46,380 bases of DNA from Dimorphilus gyrociliatus. Taxonomy: Eukaryota; Animalia; Annelida. The position numbers were made by a program, and so were the translations under genes. Below the pieces are notes generated by a model. That model ran no database searches, was not told the origin of the DNA, and saw only the letters and a list, made by a program, of their open reading frames with translations. The stretch lies in NCBI GenBank assembly GCA_904063045.1, contig CAJFCJ010000087.1, positions 1-46,380 of the forward strand. The letters are read 5' to 3'. Position 1 is the stretch's first letter; each line of letters begins with the position of its first letter. This document shows, in pieces, positions 1 through 13,589 of this stretch.

Positions 1-624
1 ATTTGGAGGCTTTAATATCTCCTATTAATAAATCATAATTAGATTTTCCAGATCCCATTTTCCATATCAAACGCAAAAGTAAGTCTGAGCTTGAGGAATT
101 TCAAATCACTGTTTATGACTGTTTGAATAAATCAGCAAATCAGACCATACCTGGACAATCCTTCAGCTACTAGTTGCCATAACAAAACTACGAGTAAAGG
201 CCTATTGTTTATATATATATATATATACACATACAATATCTATATACATTGGCTTTAACAAAATATCAATGGATTTTCTAGCACTTGGAGATATAAGCCC
301 TGTATTTTTAATATAATCATTTGTTCTCAGTATGTACTTGCTTAGTATTTGAGCGATAAAATAGATAAATTTGTCATATTGTAAAAGAGAGAAAAAAATA
401 TTTAAACCATGCCATTAATAGGATAAAGTAGCCCTAGTAAACCCAAATCATCAGAATTTAGTTAGATTTTAACAATATTTTAAATGACCCTTAAACTATA
501 CAAATACTTCAATCCAATCTCGACATTGCCTTGACTCAGAGCCAAGCACAGATATAGCCTTTATTAACACAATGAATTGATATAAGTTGTATATTAGTAG
601 AGCAACTATGATTATGATTTTCTT

Positions 625-960
625 TTATTGAAAATTTTTTGACAATCGCAGTGTAGAAAAAAATAACAGGTCAGGAGAATAAGGTGGCCATGGTAAAATC
701 CTGATATACTTCAACTTCAACAACTTGACCGTCTTTGCCTTAAGGCAGGATGAATTATCCGGCTGAAAAATGAACATTTTTGGCAATTTCTCACTGAATT
801 TGGGTATGACCTTATAATAGTCTAGCCCATTCAAGGAGAACTGACATTCATAAGATATTATGAAGAGTTTCCAATCAGTAATCTCTTCTATCCAATTGGA
901 GCGCATATCTACTCTCTTCTCCCTGCTTTTTCTGGATAATGCATGGTGCTGTTTTATTTT
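625..960 (-). mobile_element. Tc1-family transposase relic, internally deleted
   Basis: One frame reads KIKQHHALSRKSREKRVDM..W..ITDWKLFIISYECQFSLNG (Tc3_2 HTH end plus the first-D motif W.KVIFSDESKF). It joins directly to FIFQPDNSSCLKAK..LPWPPYSPDL (second D and WPxxSPDL); the normal intervening segment is missing. Confidence 0.8.
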
Positions 961-1320
961 CTCTTATTGCCACCATTTTTGTTAGAGTTTTCTGTAATGT
1001 CCATCTACTAAAATCTGTTTGACAAATGATTACTTGTATTTTGAGGAAATTATCCTCTCTCCCCTCTACTTTTTCTTTCTAATTTCTCTTTTAAATCTTG
1101 ATCTTAGTCTTTTTCAAGACTTCTTCAGGCCTCTCACAATTAAAGGTTGGTTTGGAAATATGCAATTGGTAACTGACCAATAAAATGGTTTTAAGCATTT
1201 ATGATATTTATGTAGGGAAAAGAAAATGGATAATTTTCTCAGAAATTTCAATACCCTAACCAAACCCTGCAAAAACCAACTAAAATTCAATTCATCCCAA
1301 GTTATATAAATCAAAATCAT

Positions 1321-1578
1321 GAAAGAAGAAAGAGTTTAACAACAAGTAAAAAGACTAAGAGAGAATTAAGAAGTATTCATAATAATGATATCAGGTCATC
1401 AGATATTTTACTGAAGTGTTCAAGTCAGGTGAATAGTTTGCTAAATGAGGAAAATTTGAGAAGGTTAGCCAATATCACCAGAGAGAAGAATAGACCTAGA
1501 ACAGCAAATCGTTCTTTTTTGGAAATAAATATTGATTTTCTTCCTGAAAATTTCCTGAAAAGAGATGTTTTTGTTTAA
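1321..1578 (+). mobile_element. MULE transposase fragment (linker region)
   Basis: Reads ..REKNRPRTANRSFLEINIDFLPENFLKRDVFV*, which aligns by eye to RRKNRPIAPNDKNFELNMTFIPSEFLKTDI in the MULE at 36.7 kb. Confidence 0.55.
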
Positions 1579-2166
1579 GATTAAGGAAAAAAAAATCAAT
1601 TAACCTTACACTGTTTTTTTCAACAAGTTTTTCACAACAAGTTGGTCACATAATGAAACTTTAATGAATTTCCAATGTTTTCATATATAAAACATGGCTT
1701 ATTTTAGTGTTGGAGGTAAAATTAGCAGAAAATTCTAAAAACAGGAATTGCACGAGAAATTTCGTCTGTGACTATGCTTGATGCAGCTAGGTCTTTTGTC
1801 TTTTGCTTTGATGCTTCAACTCCACCAGTTTTCAGAGTAAAAAATGAATATTTTCTAATAAAGAATTCAATTGTAAAGTTTTATCAACAAACTTGTTATA
1901 TTGATATTTCACATAGAAGATGTAAATTTATTGATACAAGTCCTTTTTGTAAAAATACTTTGAAATAAATTATTTATTAAATGTCAAATAAATTTTCAAA
2001 GGCATATTTTTTATTGAGTAATTGTCTGTACGTTTTGAATAATTAATAGACTCAGTCTCTCCTCCCTCCAACGTCTGACTGTTTAATTATCATATTTCAA
2101 TATTTAATTTGAAATAGAAATATATAAAAGACAATATTTGGAGCAGAAAAATAAAAGTTCTCCGAA

Positions 2167-4328
2167 ATGTCGACATTTATGTCAATTCTTTGTTTTTTAA
2201 CAATATATTTAAATATCTCTAATTGTTGTATAAATGGTTTAGAATCAATAGGTAAAGTATTAGAGATTTTTTGTTTAATGTTTTTATATTCTAACTTTCT
2301 TTTAAAAATTTATAGATGGAAAATTTATTAATATTGCTAATGTGAAAAATATGGCAACATGTAAAGAATCTTCAACCTATAATAATAATTATAAATGTGA
2401 AAATGCTTTGAAGCCTAGATGGACAAGTGCAATGGAGTGGATATCAAAATGTAATCCAAACTCTTGCCATAGGCAATGGATAATTATTCAATTTAAAAAG
2501 GAATATGACATTATTCAAATGGGTTTTCATCAAAGAGATATGAGTAACACATTAAAAACATCAAAAATAACAATTTCTATGGGAAATTATACTGTCAACT
2601 GCAAACTTAACTTGTATGAGACAAACATTTTATTTGACAGTAGGACTGGAGTAGCCATTTTAAGTGTAAAATTACAGAATTTTAAAGACGATAAAGCTAT
2701 TGTAAATTATGGATTTCCCGCAGTTCTTATATTTTCATATGATGGTAAAAAAAATACTAATTAATTAGTTAAAAACAACCTTTTATACTTAAATTGTATT
2801 AATATTTTTTTATACAGTAGAAGCAGTTTAAGATGATTTGCAATATAAAAATATAGCTGTTGAAAGTCAAGGAGCAAGTTGTATTGCATCTACAGGCAAT
2901 TGTTACCTGGCAATTGATCAAAATATCCATAAGAAGTGGATTGCAGACTGTCCAGCAGGAAATAATACCCGATGCAAAGGACAATTTATAAATGTTACAT
3001 TTGCCATTCCTTCAAAACCAGACTTGTTATGCATTGCTAACGCGTAACATTTATTTCATAATTTTCTCTGTTTACAGAACTCTGTATTATAATTATTTCT
3101 TTGATGTTCAATAGGCGAATCGATGAGACACAAACTAAACTTCTATCAGTGAAGTGGAGCTCTGGGTATTCTCATTCATTTTTACTTCCAAATAGTAGAA
3201 ATAGACAATGCATGAACTATAGTGGAGAAGCCACCATTGAACACTGGATTATATTAACAATTGAAAATGGCTATTCAAATAGGAAAATTGGTTTAGATTC
3301 AATAGATGTTTTTATAAAAAGTGATGAAAAACAACTAATCATTAAAATAATTTTTTAAATTCTTAACTTTTCAGAAAATCAAGAAGATATTTTTTCTATT
3401 CAACATACATTTTTTGTTCATTACTATGTACAGAAGTATTTGTTTAACAATTTCACTACACTGAGCTTCCAGGTTAGAGGTCAAGACAGGAATGGTAATG
3501 ATAGTTGTTCTTCTATTGAACTTTATCTTATTAACAATAATCAATCATACTTATCATTAAAACTCGAAATGAGAAGTGGAGACACTGATATTGAAAATTC
3601 ATATTTAAAACTATCACATTTGAATACAAACATTGTTCAATTCAATATTTCGCATTTTGTGACTGATTGTAAGAATTGGAGTTATTTTTGGTTTGAATTT
3701 GCAATTGGACAAGTTAAATTTGGTTTTGGACCACCAATAGCAACATCAGTAAATTACGTTTCAATTGAGGAAGACTATTTTGTAAATGTGGATCAAATCT
3801 TGTTTAAAAATCTTGTTAATGACACTATCAATGATGTTCAAATTAATCACAAAGGTTCTTGAACAAATTACTTTTTCATTAAGTTTGTAAACTTTATCTC
3901 CTTCAGGTGGAAGAAGAGTTACTATTTTGAATACTACTGAATACCAGTTTTGTGCATTATACAACTTCTTTAATGTGTTTATCTACACCTGTATACCATT
4001 CAAATCAAAACATTCATATCTCCAATTGAAATTGGAGAATGATAGATTATTAAAGATAAATCTTTTAAATCCAAAGATTTTTATCAATAAAGAATTTTCA
4101 TTGAAAGAAGATTTTATTAAAACTTTAAATGATTCTCTAAATTGGAATGATTTGAAAAACTTTAAAAGGTTTTGTATATCAGAAATGGTTAATATCAGAC
4201 AATTAAAAACAATAACATTAATTTGTAAAGTGTTGAAAAGTATTAAAAAGAAATCTATGATATTTAATTTAGAAAATATGGTTGAAAATTTATCATGTGA
4301 TTTATATTCTTCTGATTTGCTAAAATAA
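2167..4328 (+). CDS. Secreted multidomain protein, about 610 aa: two discoidin/F5-8C-like (galactose-binding fold) domains, a FaMeT-like domain and an unassigned C-terminus
   Basis: Exons 2167-2251, 2316-2744, 2833-3043, 3115-3320, 3375-3854 and 3907-4328 join in frame over GT-AG introns. Signal peptide MSTFMSILCFLTIYLNISNC. Motifs INIAN..ATC.ESS.Y...Y.CENAL..EW.S..WIII.F..QR (twice, diverged) and LSFQVRG...YFWFEF..GQVKFGFG. The last intron is less certain; without it the gene stops at 3862. Confidence 0.75.
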
Positions 4329-4986
4329 AAAGCTAATGGTTATTGAATTCAAAAGGGAGAAATCTTTAAAAAAAACAGTCATTTTTGTTCAAAAATTCTA
4401 TTATGAATGTTTCTTTTAGAAATTATGAAAGCATTCTAAAGTTCAATGATTGTGCAAAGAAAAAAACTCTTCTATTCCGTTCATTAATTGTGTTAACATT
4501 ATGAATTTTATTGTTTTCTTCTATTAGAATCCCTTCCAATTAGAATAAAGATTTTAATCTTGATCTTGTTTTTTGAGTCAACCGCAAAAAATTTACTTTT
4601 CTTTTTTAACCAAAAGTAATGGTTAACGATGGTTGTTGCGTCATATGGAAATATACAAAATATTCAAATCAAATTTATATATGATAAATATATGAGTTAA
4701 AAAATAAATAAACAATGGCAGTTGGAGTTCTTTGAAAAAATCACAGCCAAAATACAAATGTTAGATATGTGGATGATCTAATTAAGTGTTAATATGAAAA
4801 AAATACGGTTATTAAATATAAATATTAATAAGTTGCTGGTGTTTTAGTGAAGAGTGATATTTAGTGGAAAATTTTTAATAATCTGTTATTCTTTACATCT
4901 GAATGAGAATAATAGAGTGGAAAATATGTTCTTTTATATAAAACTGTATAAGTACGAAAGAGCTAAAGTTTTAATCACTATTAAAT

Positions 4987-5524
4987 ATGAAGTCGTGTTT
5001 GGTTTTGCTAGTCTATTTTACATTGAAAACTTTTAGTAGTGGCAATTGTTCAACTGAGCCGTTTGGTGGCAATTCTGAAATTGAAAAACATAGGATAGAA
5101 TTAATAAAACTTGGAAAAAAATTAATTAGGGTAAATGTTCTATTTATTTTACATATTGTTCTATTTTTCATTTTCTTTGCAGGAGGATCTTTGGGGGGAA
5201 GATGAAAGGGCAATAAGCACTTATCAAGTTCTGTATGAAAAAGCCTCCATTGAAAAGAAAACTTTTATAATTGTTCGAATTTTTATAGAACAATTAATAA
5301 ATGAGAAAACGAATACACAAAGTTGTTTAAACAACAAAAAATTGGATATAATTAAACTTTTTATAGTTAGATCAGAAAAGTTATTTTCTCTCATTAAAAT
5401 GCAGCATTCAAGAAAAAGAATAGCTGTAAAAAATTTGAAAAATTCTGAATATTTGAAAAAGCTACCAAAGTGCTTCATTTTCATTAATCGAATTACTACG
5501 GCATTTGAAAGTTTTACGTTGTGA
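4987..5524 (+). CDS. Small secreted, predicted all-alpha protein, 161 aa, unknown family
   Basis: Exons 4987-5130 and 5183-5524 with a 52-bp phase-0 GT-AG intron. Signal peptide MKSCLVLLVYFTLKTFSS. Four amphipathic segments and three Cys after the first few residues. Confidence 0.75.
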
Positions 5525-6119
5525 ATATATCTTTTATATTTACGTTACGTTTATTTTTTTTTTGGTTGTTGTTGCTTTTTAATATTCATTTGTGCATAAA
5601 AATACATCTGACGAATGTTTGGTTAACCATATTTTCGTATTGATATTTCCGCAATAAAATAGGCCTAATGTGGTTTTTATAGCTAATTTAAATATTATCC
5701 AGATTGCTACATTCAATTTAACTAATCATTAATTCATTTAGTGGAATCTAGCTTTTTAATAAATCGTAGGCCTACTACCTTTATTTAGACTGTATTTTAA
5801 TTTTGGAACATCTAGCGCCATCTACTAGATAAATATAATTGAATTGAGAATTTTCTGATTGAATTTATTTTTCTATTATACTAATATTTATTTATAAACA
5901 ATTGTTATGCAAAAAATTATTTAATACTAAAAAAAATGGCGACAAAGCAAAACACAAATGCCAACATAACGTATTCTTATTGACACTCGATAGTTTTCGT
6001 CTATTGATGTCAATTATCTAACATATAGGCTTTCGGCCTAATCAGTTGAATTCTCCCGTTAATGATAACCATAAATAATGATTGATAAATTAAATTATAT
6101 GGAAGATATTGACAATTTC

Positions 6120-6630
6120 ATTAGATGGCTGGCCTTTTTAAGCAGTTGATGATCATAGAGCAACAGGTCAGGTTGGTTCAATGTTCGAGTGTATTCATAC
6201 TGCAGGGAATTCAAATTTCACTCCATGATGGATGGTAAATTTGAAGGATGTCTATAAAATACAAAAAGTCTGTTTATTAAATAGACGTGGGTCTTTAGGT
6301 AGAAATTCTCTTTATGCGTGTGTCTCCATTTCTCTCTCTCTCCTCCTCCTCTTCCTCTTCTTAATTTCATATTAAAGATTATTCCCCTTAGGTGACCAAC
6401 TCAAAAATTTTGATATAAAACTCAAACACAGTCCGAGTGATAAAATAACCACAACTATTTGCGAAAGCCAAGACAATACTGAACTTAGTCCAGCAGAAAA
6501 TATAAAAGATTACAGATACTTTATTTGCCAGCCAAATTCCATTGGATCATATTTGGAAATTAGACAGGCTGAAAATAATACTGTATATTGATAATATGCG
6601 ATATAAGAGTTTACGGAGATTATATCTGTA
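6120..6630 (+). pseudogene. Fucolectin (FTP/F-type lectin) domain pseudogene
   Basis: GWPF*AVDD..ECIHTAGN..P*WMVNLKDVYKIQKVCLLNRR, then intron 6299-6391, then GDQLKNFDI..C..FICQPNSIGSYLEI and, after a frameshift, LIICDIRVYG. In-frame TAA at 6139, TGA at 6226, frameshift near 6585. Confidence 0.8.
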
Positions 6631-7256
6631 AAAGATATGTTTATTTATTAGTTAATAAATCAACACAAACGAAAATTTTTGATAAGGAATTTCAACTTTT
6701 CCTCAGGTAGTCCAAGATTTCAAACATATAAAATATTCTAAGATAGTGATAATACAACCCTGCAAAGTGGAAGATATTTATTGATGATTGTACATGATTG
6801 ATAGTAAAAAACTACTGAAACTGATATTTTATCTCCCCTTTGTAAGATAAGATTTTTAATTCTAAATTTTCTATAAAATCATCATCATCATCAGCAGCAG
6901 CAGAACTTTAACAATAACAGAATACATAATAAACTAATTACCAAGTCAACATTAAATTAGTCATTAACATGGTATGAATAAATGTCAAACAAAAACAGTA
7001 GGTTATCAATAATTATAGATCAATATAATATGTTTTAACACTTTCTTGTTTGATCGATAAATTTCTCATTTATCTTTGGGATTTCATAAGCAATAAAAAG
7101 TATAAACATCTGGAATTCTTGTCAAGATGAGACAAAATGGCTAAAGTATTAGAGGTCTATCAATAATAATTTTAGTGTCAACTTCCGGTTTGAAAATTAC
7201 CAATTGTTACTTAACTCTATTCATTTTTATGGAGGAATGAATTTAGATGGATGAGT

Positions 7257-8222
7257 TCATTCTTCAATTTCGCATATGCTAATGAGTGTTTTAGCATAAA
7301 TATGAATAGTTAATAGTCTATTAGCTCTTTCTCCACAGTTGAAATGTAAATTATTCTCATCCTGTTTACAGACTAATATTCCTCCATTTTCCAATTTGCT
7401 GTATACAGTTACCATTAAGTTTTTATCCGAAGAGCTTACTATTTTAATGATTTTGTTTGAGTAATAACTCAAATAAATGGACGACTGGTCGAGTTTTAAG
7501 CATGTTTCTTTATTCCTGTCAACCAGAACGCCAATGTCCATAGAACATTTGGCTGTTAACAACAGCTTGATTTTGTTATGCATTTCATTGTGACACTTAA
7601 GGGGTTGTATTGTATGTTTTGCCCATTCTCCAGGATCATTTAGATCACCATACGAGGTTCTTATCAGTGGAAGTCTTTCAGATAAAACTGCCAGTTTCCC
7701 ATTAAGATTGAAATTCTTATTATAATCTAAATTTCCAGACATGGGACAAGAGTTAGCCGCATTTGTTTCACAAGGTTGAGTTATTATGCATTTGCAAATG
7801 CCATCTTTTGCGCTGTTCAAAAGGTGGTTTGTCCCATCAAGGAATTGGAATGAATATGATTTGGGTGATGCTTCAACTGCTTGTAATGCCATTTCCTGCG
7901 AGCAATTCTTTGAAAATTGAATCAATTCTCTTAATTCTTCATAAGTTAGAGTTGAATAATTTATATTAATTATTTTTTTGGTTGATGACTTAAGCTTAAC
8001 ATTCTGTTGAACATCGTTACCGATTTCCATTTCAATAATATCTCCATTCAAGAACGAACATTTCACTTCAGCTATGTTGCCATTGGCGATAGGTTGAATA
8101 TTATATGTTGATGTATTATAACTGTTGAAAAACAACGCCTCTAAACAGTCTCTGTAAATAGGCGTTGATAATCTACATCTTATTAAAAGACTACTTAGAA
8201 GAATGATAAGATTGTTGTTCAT
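7257..8222 (-). CDS. Secreted protein, 321 aa, single exon: Caspr/neurexin-IV-type fibrinogen-like domain plus a C-terminal beta domain ending ICEI
   Basis: Signal peptide MNNNLIILLSSLLIRCRLS (ATG at 8222). Motifs YRDC.EA..Y.IQP..G....V.C..IGND, I.Y....EL..LI..S.NCSQ, C.C....C and LPL...YGD...E....I.PL.C match the Caspr fibrinogen-like pattern. Confidence 0.8.
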   Translation of the reverse strand: MNNNLIILLSSLLIRCRLSTPIYRDCLEALFFNSYNTSTYNIQPIANGNIAEVKCSFLNGDIIEMEIGNDVQQNVKLKSSTKKIININYSTLTYEELRELIQFSKNCSQEMALQAVEASPKSYSFQFLDGTNHLLNSAKDGICKCIITQPCETNAANSCPMSGNLDYNKNFNLNGKLAVLSERLPLIRTSYGDLNDPGEWAKHTIQPLKCHNEMHNKIKLLLTAKCSMDIGVLVDRNKETCLKLDQSSIYLSYYSNKIIKIVSSSDKNLMVTVYSKLENGGILVCKQDENNLHFNCGERANRLLTIHIYAKTLISICEIEE

Positions 8223-10473
8223 CCCAATTGCATTCACTCACCACAGTACAGAGTCCTTTGTTGAATAGAAAAATGGCATTTGTCTTACTTGTATTGAATA
8301 TAATCAATAATTAAAATCATAGTGTTTATTAATTCATCAAGATTTACAGAAACGGAGCTAAATCAGTGAATGATCAATAATTAATAATTGCTTTTAATTT
8401 TGCAGTTTTACAGTCATTTCCCCTCAATCATTTTTGCCGAAAGTTTACTATTGTTGACAATTAGCAACAGTATATGATACTTTTCATATCAAGAACAAAA
8501 ACTATATTCTCTGCATCTTCAACAATTTTAGATAATAAACACCTTGAACTAGGCCTAAGAAAAGATTCAAAGTTCCATCAATGTTTTCTGGACGATAGTA
8601 TTCTGGACTTTATATTCATATAAACTGGTAGTGTTGGGTGATTGTTATTTACATCTCTTTAATGAAGAAAAATAAATCTTACATATTTATATTTTGAAAT
8701 TGTGATAAGAAAAGTAGTGTTAACTTTCTTGAATAGTTTTAAATTTTGCAGTTTTCCTTTGCAGTGTTGTAGTTGAACTTAGAATTGGGCGAAATAGTGG
8801 TGTCATGCTTAATGGATATTTCTTTCTCTTCTCTCCAATAAGATTTTCATTGATTATTTGATTGAAAATCTATTATTAAGTAATAGAAATATTGTTAAAT
8901 GTAATTAATGTATTCTCTCTCTCTCTCTCTAATATGAATGAAATGTTAATGACAAAACTTGCTGAAAAAACACTTTTCTTTTCCATAATAAAGCAAAAAA
9001 AAAGGAAATTTCAATACAAATTTGCAATTTTTTTGACTATTACAAATATTTTTAAAATCTTTAGTATTCTATGTGAACTTTTTGGAAATTTTCACACAAT
9101 TGACAATAACTAATGAATTTTTTATCATCTTACATAGAACAGTATATTCAAATGGCATTGTATTATTCATATAGAATATTATGCAAAATGGAGGACAGAC
9201 CATGACTGCAGATTGCATTGAAGCTCAAACTCATCAATACAATTAATAGACTATATCTTATTATAGCAACAGCTTGAAATAATTAATGAAAGCTTTTAGT
9301 TCCCCTTGCATCATTGTATATATTGTATTTTCATTTCCCCTATAATATAATACTTCTTGCAAACGTCTTGTAGAGGGAGCCACCATTCACCAAATATTAT
9401 TAATATGAACCTTTTTTTCTGTCTAAATCTAATTAAAATGAATTTATTAATTGAATAGAGTGTTCAATTCATCAAGCAACTACAACAAAACATAATTGAA
9501 TAAACACATCATCTTTACAGATGACTTTAAAAGTGAAAATAATAATAGAGAACAACATTTTGTGGATTCTAAACCCATCACAAATATTTGGCAAAAAACA
9601 CTAAAGGAGTTAGAGACCAGACTAATAGTTAGGTTAAGAGTTTAGGTAATATTTATAAAGAAAATTCTCAAAGTTTCAAGTATAATTAACAATGCTAATC
9701 AATCACAGAAAATAGGACTAATTCGCACACTTTCATATCTTTGTCATATTCTATTATTGCAATTAAATTTTTTAATTGTCAAACCTCCAATTCTAATACG
9801 AAAAACTGATGAAATATCACATCTATCTGAATGGCAGTAATTAGAGTTTATTATAAGCAAAGCAGGTAAAATATTCAAAATCTTTAAATTCATAACGAGA
9901 GACAGAGTCAGAGAGAGATAAATCTCTCAATTAGAAATTTTGAAAATTACCCTGAAAATCTGGCTTTAATTGATGTGTCTAATCATTAAATGTGTATTGA
10001 ACATCAACAAATAAATATTTAGTTGTTAATAAAGAATAGCTTTTTCTATAATTTTCATTTCATCGATATAAATTATAAAAATTACCAAAAATATCACTAA
10101 TAACGCCCCTAAATAAAACACTAATTAAGCGATCTAGCAAATTAGTCATAGATAATCCATATACAGTGGTGAAAGAAATTTTTCATTTGATGGTCTATTT
10201 TTTTGTAAGGGCTATGTTGAAGGGTAATCAATGGCCTTCTTTTAAAAAAATATTGACTAAAATGTAGGAAATTTTGTCTAGTTTTATGAATAGTTTTCAG
10301 ATACTCTCTACCTAGATGCTTCAAATGAAAATCGTGAGGATTTATATACTTTGAGGTTTGCCTCTGATATCCAATCATCACTTTACAGTTGCCGAAATGT
10401 GTAGTTCATATTTATCTTTAGTAACAAGATGTTACAAGGTTCAACATTTAGGAAGGTTAATTTGAATTATAAC

Positions 10474-10542
10474 TTGGCCAAACCTTAACTGGTAATTAAA
10501 GATGAGCCTTCAAGCTGACTAATCAAACCTCTGTTTGGCCAA
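10474..10542. repeat. Dispersed 69-bp repeat bounded by TTGGCCAAAC...GTTTGGCCAA, copy 1
   Basis: Reverse complement of 14563-14631; same length; both 10-bp arms identical. Confidence 0.75.
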
Positions 10543-12339
10543 TGTTATAGCATTTTCTTGCATAGGTTTTAAGAGGTACATGTATAAGTTGCATAAGATA
10601 ATAGAGTTCAAGCATGTAAAATATAACCAAAGTTGTACAGTATAATTCCGTACGAAATTTTCCAGAATCTAACACTAGACAATGTTTGATCAATATTTGT
10701 TCAAATTATCAATAATAGTTTTTATATAATGATAAGTCAAATTCAAATAGCCAAAGGTTGACTGAAAAAGAAATTTGGTGAAAAATGATTAGGTCTAGGG
10801 AGGAAGAGAGGCAAGGAGCGACAGAGTAACTGTTCTTCCATATTTATATTTCTCAATCATTGTCTCTCAATCCTTCTTGTCTCTTGCTCAATTGGTCCCT
10901 GCTTCTTGATATCTGTCTCACACTTTCTTTGGTCATATCTTTCAAGAATGACCAAGTAATAATTAAGAAACTAACAAGAAATGTAAAAATAGGTCTTTGG
11001 CAGTTTTCAATCAGACCTCTGGCCGTTTGAAATCAAGACTCTGGCCGTTTTCTACCCGGGAAAGCAGCAATCTGGTTCAAAAACTGAAACAAATATTTTT
11101 GGAAATAACATAGAAAGTGACAACTAATTGTTGACATTTTAAACTTTTTGCTGCAAAAAGCTTTTACAATCCTAGCATTTTTATACTTTCCAATTAGCTT
11201 AACAATTCACAATTTCTTTAATGGTTCAATTAATTTATTGGCTCTAAATTCTAGCTTAAGAAATGGCTTGACAACGAAGTATGATTATTGTTCGTTACAA
11301 TAACGTAGAATGCGTATTCTTTGTCATCACCTTCAAATCGAATTTCGGTGGAGTCACTTCCTGTGTAATACATTCCTATTGTTGGAGTCATATTTATAAA
11401 ATTGAAAGAGTACGTTTTTGGTCATTATAAATATGATAATCTCACTTATTATACACTTTTGATAAACGGAAGTAATTATTTTTATCTTGATAATCAAGCA
11501 CAACAAGATTGTCGTGGAAACCGAAAATCAACTGCTAACCTATCTAATTATAATCTCAGCAAATTCAACATTCAGGTGCAGGGTGTAGGAATAGAGAACG
11601 GGTGTAGAACCAACATGTTAATACCAACAATAGCATTATAAGGTGAAGGACGAATATTTGAGAGAAAGAGATATGTATGATACTTGTTCATACACTTGCA
11701 GTTGCAGTGGTAATTTTTGTCATTCCTTCTCCATAGTCTATGCAATTAATCTGGAATTTTGTATCAAAGAAATATTTGTATTTATACATATATCTAAAAG
11801 ATTACATTAACATATTTTATTTACTTGTCCATTCACCTGACCTACTTGTCAATTTAGGACAAAACTTTTATCTTTTTCTATCTGTTGCAATACATCCTTT
11901 TAACACGTTTTTCCTAGATTTAGAAATTTAATTGAAAGAAACTGATAATGTTTTATGAAACTGTGTAGTCTACAGAGTGGCATAAAAACGCATAGATCGT
12001 TTAATAGTGGAGTTAACCCAGGGTTTAAAAGAATGAACAATTTTGAACAAGGTCAAGGGTTTAGTTAGGGTTAAGATAAAATCTGCAGAACTGTTAACAA
12101 TTTTAACAACATTTAACCATTTATATTTTAAAAGTTCACCTTCAACAAAAAAGTGCTAAATTGAAAACTGGTAGTATGCTGGCTTCAACAAAATCAACCA
12201 AGTTAAAATAATTAATCCTCCATAAAAAATGTCAATAATTTTTTTTTGTGTTACTTTGGTGTTTTTTTCAAATGCCACAAAAGACTAATAAAAGTTTATA
12301 AAGTTGTTCAATTCAGTTGTAGCAACAATATGCTAATAG

Positions 12340-12900
12340 AATAACTTATTCTTTGGTGCTTTGCAGTAGAGATTCAATATGAATTTTCCTTCTTCATGTG
12401 ATCAATTCTAGTTCTAGGTCTATTGATCAATTATGAATGAGGTGCACAAACAAACTAATGATTTTTTGAAATAGTAATGAATTTTACAAAAACACTAAAT
12501 ATTTTAAATCTAGAAAATTTTCCGGTAGAATTGGGTGCGTTTTATAGGTTAAAGAAGCCCTCTTCGATTCAGGACCGTACATATAAACCCAAGATTCATC
12601 TCTAGTAATGATTTTTCTCAAAGTCTTCTTTTTCTGCTGTCTACCTTTGGAGAGTTCAGAATAATAACTCATCCTCATCATCTTTTGATCCTCATTAAGA
12701 TCATAGGGGATATATTTTGCACAAATTTTTCTGTAGCCCAGCTCCTTAATTATCTTCCCAAAGCCTCTTGACAATTATTTAATTTCTTGGCAATTGCTCT
12801 CTAAGATGTTGCCCAATCTTTCCCGATAAGCCTACCAATTATTTTAATCAACAAAATTCATTATTTTATTTCTATTTCCGGTGTAAAAGTCTAAATAAAT
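12340..12900 (-). mobile_element. mariner transposase relic
   Basis: ELGYRKICAKYIPYDLNEDQKMMR..ITRDESWVYMYGPESK matches the mariner LG.RK..ARWVP..L...QK..R..IVTGDE.W.Y.YDPE.K pattern. The flanks are degraded. Confidence 0.85.
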
Positions 12901-13049
12901 TGGAAAAATATTTCACAAATTGTAGTCATAAGTTAATTTTTGTAGCTGTTAAGCTGCTCTTCTAGTTTTAGTAGTAAGTTTTGTTGATACCGCAATGGAC
13001 AGAGTAAAATCTTCACATATTCCACGAATATTTCTATTTCCATCTTCAT

Positions 13050-13290
13050 TCAACAAATAATAAGTAGGTATTTTGTATGTGTGCCCTTGGCTTCTATAAC
13101 TGCTCTAAGCCTTGTGTCTATTGTCAGGTACAAAAGCTGAATTTCAAATAATGAAATTTTAAAAAAATTATCTTTGAACACCTGCCACAGGTCATCCTTA
13201 TTTTTTGGCATAAAATTGGTGTTTTTATCCCACCAATCAACTCTTAGCAACTATCCCTAGCAAACGTACTCTGTACCTGCATTTTGGAAG
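13050..13290 (-). mobile_element. Tc1 transposase C-terminal relic
   Basis: DDLWQVFKDNFFKI...IQLLY..IDTRLRAVIEAKGTHTKY matches the Tc1 C-terminal L.AVI.AKG..TKY motif. Confidence 0.8.
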
Positions 13291-13589
13291 ATTGCAAAGT
13301 AAAAACTTTCAATTATGATTTTGTTGTTTACTACAGCAATATCTATTTCAATTACAATAGCCAATTTTTATTCTATTTACATAATTAGGGTAAAGATATT
13401 AGGAATCTTCTATTCAAGAAATATGATAAATTAAGGAAAGTAATCTATATTTCATATCTAAACAATAGAAAAAAGATTTTTAATATTGGGACGACGACTT
13501 TTTAACAATTAAACAAAAATATATTGTCTGATAACAGCTATCTACTTAGATTTATCTGATTTGTTTTTAAAATACAAAAGTAATGCTAT

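Noticed and set aside
8440-8800. Possible Penelope-like reverse transcriptase fragments (PLFRPILSS; VLDMKSI)
   Set aside because: The motif match is short and ambiguous, no YxDD region is seen, and there are several stops.
10474-10542. Hammerhead ribozyme or tRNA interpretation of the 69-bp element
   Set aside because: No complete CUGANGA...GAAA core and no tRNA T-loop or acceptor geometry in either copy.
11270-11900. Coding-like DNA on both strands (79-aa + ORF; MYYTGSDSTEIRFEG on the - strand)
   Set aside because: I could not build a consistent spliced model or recognise a family, so it is left unannotated.
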